64,000 nt of DNA from Balanoglossus misakiensis (taxonomy: Eukaryota > Animalia > Hemichordata), in assembly GCA_040954595.2 (NCBI GenBank), contig CM082577.2:11131654-11195653 (forward strand), read 5' to 3'. Numbering within the stretch: the stretch's first letter is position 1; the number at the start of each line of letters is the position of its first letter. Under the pieces are notes generated by a model. That model saw nothing but the letters and a program-made list of their open reading frames with translations, did no database searches and was not told where the DNA came from. Made by a program: the position numbers and the translations under genes. Below are positions 54,701-64,000 of the stretch, piece after piece.

Positions 54701-57700
54701 GGGAGCAGTTTCATCTGGTTCAAGATCACCCATATCGAATATATTCTTTTCAATCGTTGGAGTGGTGTAGCCCCATATTTTTACATCGACGATGACCTCT
54801 TCTATGTCTACGAACAATGCCTTGAGTTTGAATACACAGCGCCCTCTCAGTTCCAGTTTCAGAGGAACGACGACCAAATCCATGCGTGCGCTTCAATAAA
54901 AAAGTGAAACATTATTTACATTCTAAAGGACATTTTATGATTAAGTGTATTTTGTTAGCTATACATTGTAAGTTTGACATCATTCAGAAGTAACATAGCA
55001 TATGGTGAAATGTGCATTCTAAAAGTTAAGAACATGTGTGGGCTTTCTGACTAAATCCTTTCGACCAGAAACAAAGCAACCCATCTTACTCGACATCAAG
55101 AGGGAATGTGTTGAACTTGACTGCAGCCTTCGATGGAAACGAGGTTGTCATCAAATATCCTGTCAGTCGTAGTTCTGCGAAAAACATCGGTATACCAATG
55201 GCAAGAGAACCCCACACGTAGCAACCGAGTTCCGGTGTAGATTTCATCTGAGAAAACAATTAAAAGTACTCATGCAAACGATTGACTTTGAAACCTGTCA
55301 TCATTAGTCAATACACATGTTGCAAAACTAACACATATACCAAGATGGCGGGCATTTCATGACAGTTTTTGGACTGAAAGAATGCAGTTAGAGTTAAGTT
55401 TCCTACCTCTGCTTTCATCGATAAGATAGTAACTTCTGTTGAAAATGACATTGAATAACTTCCGCCGGCACCATAACCTACATATGACGAGGCAGATATT
55501 CAGTCAAAGAATTCATTATTTTTGTACATTAGAGCAGTCCACATTAACGTGCAGGTTGAAACGACATAGATTCGTCCACACTGCCTGAGATTCTAATAAA
55601 CACGAGTGCATGCAGTGACAGGCACATGCATGGCAACATATAAATGGATATATTGACGTTGATACAAAAAGAAACATGCTACGCCTTACCAAACATCATT
55701 GGCACGGGCCCTAGCATAAAAGGGTACCACTTTTCATCTATGAACGCAACGTCATAAGGCCCAAAGTTGACCGCTCCAGATAACTTGATATCAAATCGCT
55801 TAAACTCATCATCAAAAAAGTCCTTGAGTTTGGTCATCATCTCGTCGATTACCTAACATTAAGAGAAAAAAACATTACTAGCTCTTGTGAGGGCATCATT
55901 TTCTTGACTGAAAATGGATGAAAAATGCGTAAGTCAGCATTTAATCGAATAAACTCGCTCTCAAATCTGACAGATAAGGAAATAAGCGCAGTACGTTGAT
56001 ATTGTATTTGCAACAAGAATATATGAACTTCAATCATGGTTTGGAAACAATGTAGAACAACCTACCGCATCTTTCACGGCTATTAAGATGTCTTCCATGA
56101 TTTTCGCTACTTCGGCAGGATCGATGTCTACAATGTCTAAGAGTGCCTCCAGTTTAACCAGTGTCAAATCCTCCAGCAATAGACCTTGAGTATTATGATG
56201 TGGTTAAAGAGATGAATACTGCTGTGGTTAATAACAATAAAATAAGTTCTCCTCTTTATACAGTAAGTACTAGTATTAATATATACGTTAAAATTATTGT
56301 TTACTCACTTTACATCTTTCAAGTCATTTTCGGGTAAATTCTCTGCTTTATATTTAGCATGATGAACCACACACTTCAATAAGATTTTTCTTACTGCACA
56401 GGAAGGAGAGTCCCAAACTCCACAATCAAAAGGAATAACAAAACATTTTCACACTCTGTGTGTTACCTGGATCTGGCCTCGTTTCCAAGACAGCAGCTGA
56501 CGCCCCACAAGGAATTATTTCATACGTCAGATTGTTAAAGATGTTCATGTACGGCAAACAGTAGTCTATGGCGGTAGCGCAAACGCTTACTTTCATATCG
56601 AACTGTGAATATAATAATAAAAGTAGTGATGGGGCGAGCAAATGCATCAAGCATATAAACACCAACAATGACTGTTCAGCAAATCCCACGAGAGCCAGCA
56701 TGGAAATGAACGCATAGGATATTTTGAACATACTTGAAAATATCAACCATGGGAATCAAAGGTTTCTGAAGGCAACGTCAAATGTACATGTATGTGTCGT
56801 GACATCAATCTGACGTTGGATATGGGCTACAGGGAGTGACATATGCGTGAGATACAAGTAAAGTATTGCCTATACCAGCACTGTTACGCCATGACGTTCA
56901 ATCTTGTACTCGTATGAAAGTTCCACCGCTTTCAGGATCGGTACATCCAGTGAAAAAGATCCAGAATCTTCCAGGGGTCCATCTATAGTTTTGGATGCAA
57001 ATATAAGTTTGGGGAAACATTAGGCATAAGTGCAATGTGAACACGCTAAAGTGGCATGCAGTATATCATATTTCATGTGTACTGCTGTATGCTATGCACA
57101 TGAAACGTTTCTCGTCCAGGTGCAACCAATGTATTCAGTCATTGTTCTCTTCATTTTCATGAACAGATGAAGAACGGGTTTTTGTTTCACCCAATTTATC
57201 GGAGTGTGTGTAATAACCCTGTATACAAACCACGAATGGCTCCGAGTGCAATGTATATGACTCATCTACGTATATTGTAAGATACATCTTCAGGCTAGTC
57301 GATATATCACGTGCATGTATGAACACTGACAGCCTTACACAATGCACGATACACGTATGTATATATTTATTACATGTATTATTTTTTCTGACATCATAAC
57401 TAACCACCCATTGGTGGGTTCTGTTTGGACATACCATACAGCAGTTCGCCCAGGTCGATCTCTTTCCTCCAGTCATGCAACCCCATCAGGAACTTCAGTT
57501 CACAAACGTCCAATCTGGCGAATCCGTTGATGCTGAGCGGGAAATATGAAACGGGCATCTCCACGTTGCATTCAACACCAAGACCGTTCTCATCAAAATT
57601 GCAGAAAGAATTCTTCGGAACGAAGTTCTTGAACGATGAAAACCCTGAGACAAATTTGAATTAGAAATATATTTATCATCCGCCTTTACTGTATACACTA

Positions 57701-58745
57701 TGTTCTCTCTACATATTTGCGTTGCATTTATAAGAGGTCTGTAGAAAAGATAAAATAATACTGATGTACTTACTATAGTCTAGCTCACGATACATTTTGA
57801 TGAGTGTGGTTCTACTCGCCGACCCCACTGTCACAGACCTGGCCAGGAGTGCCATTCTCAGTTCGTCGTCATCCATTGTTTCAGGTCGCCGAAAATCTTT
57901 AGCCAACGAGCTAAATTTCTCCTGTTGATTTCAAATACAGATTAAGCAGGAATGATACATGCATGCATGCATGCATGCATGCATGCATACATACATACAT
58001 ACATACATACATACATACATACATACATACATACATACATACATACATACATACATACATACATACATACATACATACATACATACATACATACATACAT
58101 ACAAACATACATACATACATACATACATACATACATACATACATACATACATACATACATACATACATACATACACAGACAGACAGACAGACAGACAGAC
58201 AGACCACATGTTTGAAGCTATCTGTATTAAAGAGAAGTAAAATGATCATTACCTTAAGCTGGTCAATGAGGGTTTGTAGAGCCGTTTCGACAGCGCTATC
58301 TTTGGCTTCCCTCAAAAACTCGAAAACACTATTCAGACCAATCGTTTGTAGGCTAAAGTTAACTGTTGGAGGACCATTGCTTGTGATCGTTGGCAGTCCA
58401 AGTTTTCCAAGACCTCCTGAAGAAACATAATCATTAACACCGTATTAGTGCATTATGTACTTCGCATTTCATTGTTGTTGCGCAATTGCCGACCAAAACG
58501 AGACATTTTATTAAAATACATATGAAATAGTCCCTGGTTAAAGTAAAATATATAAAAAGTACAGAGATATGTTGTTAACCTCTTCTGTGGTCATGTGATC
58601 AATCCTATAGCCTGTGATTATGTATCACATGAAGTTCTATCACATAATCACATTTAGTGCAGAGAGAGAGGGGGGGAGAGAGACAGACAGAGACAGACAG
58701 ACAGACAGACAGAGAGACAGACAGACAGAGTGAGAGAGAGAGAGT

Positions 58746-58778
<33 letters not shown>

Positions 58779-61700
58779 TATCCCACCTTTTAAGGGATTA
58801 TTACTCGGGGATCTCTTAGGTTTCTTCTGAACAATCTTGTCCAACTCCTCCGTGTTTGGTTGTCTGGTCCTTTTTGGCCTTTCATCCTTACGTTTTGGGC
58901 CTTTTGTGAGACTAAGGGGTCCCGAGACAGATATTTTCTGTGTGGAATTATTAATGGGATTATTAGTTATTATCCTTAGTGCAATTATACTACCGCGACC
59001 TACAATGGCCAATAGTTGTATGTCGTTTACTTGTGTTCAATCAATACATGTATGTACACCATTTTCAAATAATGCAAGCTAAAAAAGAGATTGCGCGAAT
59101 AAAAATTGACTGTAACTCTGCCGATGAATGTTTGTGCTTTCTTGTATTATAGAAATCTGTTTTCTTTACCAGTGCAATCTGATAACTTAGAATTGTTGTC
59201 ACATGAACATGTGATAGGAAGACCGTGTTGAAGTGACCAAACTTTTCAACAAGACTTTTTACCTTGAAATTCAAGTAGTATTCGTCACAGGTTTGCCTGT
59301 ATGATGCAGTCAGCTCTCTCTTGTGGATGTACGGCGTTGGGTCGACATACTGTCCACTGTCAACTTTTCTCATTGACAAATGGATGGTGTTCGGAGAACA
59401 GCCGGATTCGGCGACGATCCCTAAAGGGAGGCCTTTGAAAGTCTAAAGTTTATCAAAACAGAATAATTAATCAATCAAAAGAAGTATGTAAGGCCTTATA
59501 TTTTGGTTTGATTCTTCTATTTTGAATGTGTCCGTCGTATACACATGATGGTCGCTTTCATGTTTGAAACAACTTCATGTTTCAATACTCCAAACGACGT
59601 AAGAAATACCTGGACGTAAAACAAATGTTAGTACATGAAACGTCGAATGATACAGAATGAAATCCAGTTCCAGTTATAGAATATGCTTATATACAGTGTA
59701 TATTCTGTAGAAGTTGGTGGGCGGATTGGAGTGTGAATATGACAGCTCATGACATCTATGATTCAAACTTTCTGTGGAAGAATTTTTATGTATTTAAAAA
59801 GCAAGGTATCAACATGTGTTTCTCACGTGTACCGTTGTAGAGTCTACAGCTACCGTTTTGAAATCAGATTGGATATGTTTGATTATCTTTTATGAGTATA
59901 TGTTATTCTGCATGCCCATAATTTGTGTTCCGATGGACGTTACAGAAGTATAGTCAGTGAACCTTGCTTCTTGTAGACAGATAATTTATCAGGGGAAATA
60001 GCGTAGTTACAAAAGCTATATGCAGAAAAGCCATACTTACTAATCGACCGTCAGTTTCTTCTGATGTCTCCACGTGATCTATGATGACGTCAATGTCTTT
60101 GATTTCGTCGGCTATCCTTATAATTGACTGCTTGCTCCCGCTCTTTCTCACTGTGCCAGTGAATGGCGACACTAACTGTTATTACAATCATTATACACAG
60201 GATTAGAAAAAAACCGCAGATAGGTTTAGTTTTTTGTTAGTTAAAGGTGTTTGATGCATAAATTCACAGTCTTTTGAACTGTGAAGTTCCATAGCACAAC
60301 TTTAAAAATACAATATTAACAACAAACACCCAAGACTTTAAAAATCTGTGATGTGAATTTCGAAATACTAAATTGAATTCATTGTGCTGTTAAGATACCA
60401 TGCATGAAAGATAATTCATTGTGATAATGCGAGACCCATACGGTTTTAATTGATACTGTAGTAATCCAAGTCTAAAAAAGCATAAAATGAAGGAATATCT
60501 TACTGTTTTTCCGGCGTCAATTTCCAGGTCGATACCAGGGGAAAGACCACCGGTCTCGCTTGGGTAAAATCCGTCACCACAATCAGACTCCGCTATCTTT
60601 TTAGGAAACTCGGGGGAGCTGTGTGAGCCAAATATCTTATTCAGGAAGGACTTGGCGTACTCGTACCTGTAGAGAATGCAAAACAGGATATTTTGTATCG
60701 TAGAATATATAAAGGTATTTTTCCATGCAGTTGTGCCACTTTCAGCCGGTACAGAAATATTTGTATACACACTTGTATTCCGGCAGAAGGCAAGGTTTAC
60801 AAGACACTCGTGGCAAGTCAACTGGCAATATTAGAAAATACCAGGATGATGATGTTGTTTGATTAAATGCGTGGTAAAAATTGTTATGCAAATCTCTTTA
60901 CGTCATGAAATATGCTAATTATCGTCTATTTAAAATTTTAAAATATATTGAAATGTTACTGCTCAATAATTTGTACATTCATTTTGGACGGCTCACTTTT
61001 GTTCTGTCGTATTGCTATGGTTTATGTGTCATATCAGATTATAATTTCCCATTCTGAAATCGGTATATTCACGATTACTTTTATCTCTGCCACGGACTTG
61101 CCTTTCGTCTGTAGAACACGTGCAACATAACGAGTCTAACAAAGGAATCTTGCGGAAATAACAACACCTCTATAGTTGAGCTCTCAACGATCATGCTACG
61201 CCAGCAATTGTGTTCACATTAGGCAAAGGGATAAGTACTAGCGTCACCGGTAAACCTGATGATATTGTATCGTATATATTCTGTTCACAGGTTGGATTAT
61301 AATACTCATGATTTACTTACGCTGATTTCATGTCCGCATATCCCCCCTTAACCTCCTCGATGACGTCAGTCACTGCCTTGTACGTTTCTGTAAAGGGGTC
61401 TGCGAGCGACTTGAGATCCTCCAGTGGCTCAGTAAATACATCCAGAGCTTCATTGATATCGTCCAAGATGCTCTGCCTCAAATCTCTCTGCAGATGAATG
61501 AGCAAATAATATTAGTAGGGTGTGACAATGTGATAAATGCAGTTTTGCCCAGTTTAAGGTGCATCACCTGTCGACGCATTGAGTGTGTTGGGGTCAGTTC
61601 CTGTGAATGATATACTTTCTTAGAAAGGCATGTCAAGGGGCTTCGCTGGGCTGCAGATAATTATGAAGTCACAGTGTTTAGATATATAGACAAGTTATAA

Positions 61701-63732
61701 AGATAGTGAATAGACATAGAGGTAAAGGTGGTGTACATTGTTGCATGGTTTCTTAAGTCTATACAGGCGGATGATTTGGGATAGAACAATAAAATTTATT
61801 TTATCAGTAATCAAACAATAACTGCATGATCACGTATTTAAACAACATGCTATCTGATCCCAGTGGTATGATGTGGTAATCGTACCTGACAGTTGTTTGT
61901 TCAATCAGACGTGTGGCGCTGGCAGACCTGTTCTATCAGGTTGGTCACAGCCATCTCAGTTTTTGGCTCATGCAAGGTGAGGCGTGCATGAGCTTCCATG
62001 TCTTCAATGACAAAATACCAACTCTTGCAAAATCCTCTATTGATTTAAAGAATGCGTCAAATCACTCACCTCATCGAAACCAAGTATATACTTCATTTTG
62101 TTGTCCGATTCAATTCCTTCGTTGACCCACGACACTGCTTCGTTCAGAGTTCCCTTCGCATTGTATATGTCATCCATGATGCTACTGAGCAGAGATCTCA
62201 TATCGAACCAATACGGCTCGTTCCCTTCGGTGAAAAAGCATGCATCTTCTATTCTTTTCTTGGCGTCCAATACTCCCATTATTGCTCCCCTGATCCTGTA
62301 TTTAATAAAAAAAAATAAAAAAAATATACACAACAATTATAGATAAAAATTCTTATGAAATATCGGAGAATGTCAAGGTTAAATCATTAACATTTTTAAT
62401 TAACTTATTCATATTTCAAAAGAACATCTGTCACCCTAAAACTTGATTTAGTACTCGCCTCGGGGACAGATATTTTAAGAACAAAATTGGAGTCTTCCAA
62501 AACTCTAAATGGTTTGCTTTATCAAAGTATGAGGAGTCCTTTCTCAAACAAAACAAGAAAAAACAGGGTGTTTATCACCCTCATTTCAATTTTAAAATGG
62601 AGCTTGATTCCATTGGATGTAAACAAATGTCATTTTACTGAACTGTAAGTCAAATCTTGCGATGTCGTTGACAGCTGTCATGGGCGATTCAAATAATTTC
62701 TGCGTGGCTTCAGCGGCGGTCGATATCGCATCTTCTAATTGTTCCACGGCCCACGGTAATGTCACAGTCACGGCATCAGCGATTGCCTATAAGAAAAAAA
62801 ATATTAATTAATAACTGCAGATGCATGAGCAGTTTTAAGTGATTGCATCTTATGCGTCACGTGACTTGGGAATAAACTTAACAATTGAGTTTGCTACTAA
62901 ATTCAAATTGTCTAACTTTTAAGGCTGTGTTCACAAAAAATGCCGTGGGTACATGTAGGAGGTCGGAGGAAATGAATATCTCTGGGGGTGGCGGAGGGGA
63001 ACTTGAAAACAAATCTTGGGTGTCCAAGAGGTGGTGAACTGTTACTGATTTTTTTCAGTATTTGATCCTGTGTTGAAATGCCCTAGATTAACTTTTTGTC
63101 AACACCAATACACCCATTATTTGCGAATGCAGCCAAACCTCGAAAATTAATATTTTAATGAGGTAGCCCAACTCACATGATAAAGTTCCATCACATCCTC
63201 CTTGATAGACGCGAAGATGGCCGACACTCGTTCGACGACAGCCTGGATCTCCAGTGAAAATTCTGGCAAGTTTGTGTAATTCCCGACTCGTTTCAAGACC
63301 GATTTGGCAATCCGACGGACGTTCTTCATTTTACTGGGCATTTCCTTGACAGCGGAGGCGAAGCTTTCGAAGATCTCCCCGAGGTCTTTCTTGTTTGGGT
63401 CCGGGGCCAGAATCTTGTCAAAACTTTTAATGACATTCTGCACCGAGTCGACAACTCTCTGTACCACATCATCGAACAGGCTTACTAAATTGCTGACGTC
63501 ATCAAAACTGAATTCCTGCGCAGAGAAGACAATATTTCACATAACAAAATCACAGCGTTGATCTTAAAATTTCATCTCAGCCAAATCTCGGATATATGAA
63601 TGTCAATTATTAAACTAAAAAATTGTTTTCAACTTTACCTGCAAGATGTTGACGTCATACTCTCCTCTGCCACGAAAACACACCTTAGCGTCGATAAAGT
63701 CAAAAGTTTCACCGATGTAGCCGATTAAACCC
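26587..63732 (-). CDS. Giant multidomain single-pass membrane protein (>4,450 aa, 5'-partial): helical region, LECT2/M23-like, ~19 FN3-like repeats with inserted PAN and GH16-like domains, cadherin-like x2, EGF x2, TM
   Basis: Hand-traced exons: 63732-63639,63515-63177,62786-62644(weak donor),62295-62070,61487-61321,60666-60504,60175-60041,59442-59263,58937-58787,58416-58253,57921-57774,57644-57435,56982-56876,56602-56467,56184-56066,55852-55690,55477-55407,55247-55090,54890-54674,53585-53355,52822-52616,52455-52156,51926-51803,51645-51474,51302-51208,51009-50830,50494-50314,49969-49803,49683-49510,49353-49162,48928-48749,48164-47920,47652-47531,47072-46904,46781-46622,46395-46248,45867-45599,45229-45009,44840-44634,44285-44036,43700-43482,43274-43181,42593-42330,41802-41666,41117-40857,40358-40073,39514-39385,39267-39016,38773-38567,38379-38205,37709-37555,37152-37030,36890-36719,36295-36068,35641-35490,35275-35097,34571-34442,33984-33789,33094-32919,32483-32294,32106-31948,31612-31390,30961-30882,30609-30454,30265-30118,29980-29829,29423-29332,29042-27945,27517-27339,27069-26898,26676-26587. 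Lengths sum to 13,360 nt (1 + 4,453 codons), splice phases match and I found no internal stop. Confidence 0.88.
27137..27326. repeat. Compound microsatellite (TAAA)n(GAAC)n(CAGC)n (intronic)
   Basis: Seen directly. Confidence 0.95.
27339..27517 (-). other. Exon completing EGF 2 and encoding the transmembrane helix of the giant protein
   Basis: FPVVGMAILLSVAVVAFVAIAICA followed by the basic stop-transfer segment KYRLCPKKKSRK. Confidence 0.85.
27945..29042 (-). other. 1,098 bp exon: two cadherin-like/Ig repeats of bacterial adhesin type plus EGF domains
   Basis: DEDGG...TAYDDDGDRLKY...PQRGTATISVDGGLTYRP...FGVDYIHYVV...VRASNDNP, then a second repeat with PQHG...YLPDEGFFGEDTF, then NPCMNGATC...YRCKCPPGYVGETCEIDYDEC (EGF and calcium-binding EGF). 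Confidence 0.8.
33154..33504. mobile_element. Palindromic TTAA MITE, copy 2 (inverted relative to 534-867)
   Basis: Same AGGGACAAAGTCTCTCTC termini; the central segment is the reverse complement of copy 1. Confidence 0.85.
33689..33718. repeat. (CA)n microsatellite
   Basis: Seen directly. Confidence 0.9.
34038..34130 (-). other. Intronic copy of part of the EGF/TM exon (possible cryptic terminal exon)
   Basis: 34046-34126 matches 27430-27510 at 78/81 nt in the same orientation. Confidence 0.85.
35320..35470. mobile_element. Decayed Tc1/mariner (Tigger-like) MITE
   Basis: Degenerate TIRs acaccatcaaacctgtgttagtggcca / tggccactatagacggggttgaccgt. Confidence 0.45.
35925..36017. mobile_element. 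93 bp hairpin MITE
   Basis: Perfect 27 bp TIR CAATCTGATTAAAATCAGATGTAGGGA; 9 bp flanks aatgtgcat / aatgtgcac. Confidence 0.8.
37955..37998. repeat. (TACATG)n palindromic microsatellite
   Basis: Seen directly. Confidence 0.9.
42131..42249. repeat. (GACA/GGCA)n microsatellite
   Basis: Seen directly. Confidence 0.9.
46006..46133. repeat. (CAACA)n pentanucleotide microsatellite
   Basis: Seen directly. Confidence 0.95.
48213..48565. mobile_element. Decayed interspersed repeat/MITE; related fragments near 47700-47750 and 62450-62620
   Basis: Degenerate ends ggcggtatgcacctcg / cgagctacatactac. Internal ttgaaattcaaattggcc is roughly the reverse complement of ggccattttgaatttcaa at ~47730. Confidence 0.4.
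52156..52455 (-). other. PAN/apple domain exon of the giant protein
   Basis: SVDACAKHCLKLPTSQCVSFNYDYGGSGQCE matches the PAN C-x3-C...C-x-SF-x-Y...C pattern. Confidence 0.8.
53628..54246. mobile_element. 619 bp non-autonomous Tc1/mariner-superfamily (pogo/Tc2-like) element
   Basis: Perfect 25 bp TIR CCGTAGTTTGCCGGGTAAGAGCCCC with TA on both flanks; intronic. Confidence 0.88.
57955..58204. repeat. (CATG)n(CATA)n(CAGA)n compound microsatellite
   Basis: Seen directly; it fills most of one intron. Confidence 0.95.
58661..58777. repeat. (GA)n/(GACA)n microsatellite
   Basis: Seen directly. Confidence 0.9.
59263..60666 (-). other. LECT2/peptidase M23-like domain with degenerate zinc motifs, spread over three exons
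   Basis: Spliced sequence SDCGDGFY...LSPGIDLEIDAGKTLVSPFTGTV...TFKGLPLGIV...NTIHLSM...VDPTPYI versus the LECT2 pattern GCGQY...HQGVD...AGSTVYAPFTGMI...KKGEKLG...SHVHI...DPTAYL (recalled). Confidence 0.7.
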
Positions 63733-64000
63733 CTGGCGTAAACATGGTCATGTATGTCGATTTCCAAAAAACCTTCCAGTGGTTCTATATATATTATAAA
63801 AGCATTTCATATTTTGTCATATTGTCAGCAAAAGCATGCAAAAAATTGTTGTATCCTGACTCACATCTGACATACACCAAGATATCATTTCGAAGCTGTA
63901 GGCCTAACTCTCTAAAGACAAAATGTAATGACACCACATATTAATAATTTATGTCTCATATTTTATCCAATAGACATGCACCATACGTGATTCAATATAA

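Noticed and set aside
57931-58430. Several long ORFs of YIHT/MYVC repeats
   Set aside because: These are tetranucleotide microsatellite read-throughs in an intron.
61886-62036. Exon-like segment with AG and GT boundaries in the giant gene
   Set aside because: It has stops in all three frames and would need a 33 nt intron; the flanking exons join in phase without it.

Overview
Intron-rich animal genomic DNA, probably an invertebrate deuterostome such as a hemichordate or echinoderm (inferred from repeat and intron style only). It holds four kinds of content. (1) The 3' end of a + strand gene whose last large coding exon is a death effector domain (DED). (2) A tandem cluster of three intact 4-exon MPV17L-like (Mpv17/PMP22 family) genes on the - strand, about 4.7-24.1 kb. 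(3) A giant - strand gene, 5'-truncated by the window edge, for which I traced 71 phase-consistent exons by hand (13,360 nt, about 4,450 aa). It encodes a predicted single-pass membrane protein: an amphipathic helical region, a degenerate LECT2/M23-peptidase-like domain, about 19 FN3-like repeats with a PAN/apple domain and a degenerate lichenase-type GH16 domain inserted inside repeats, two bacterial-type cadherin-like repeats, two EGF domains, a TM helix and a short tail. (4) Several MITEs (one nested pair), a solo LTR, a dimeric ~185/370 bp tandem repeat and microsatellites. All domain calls are by-eye motif recognition, not database searches.
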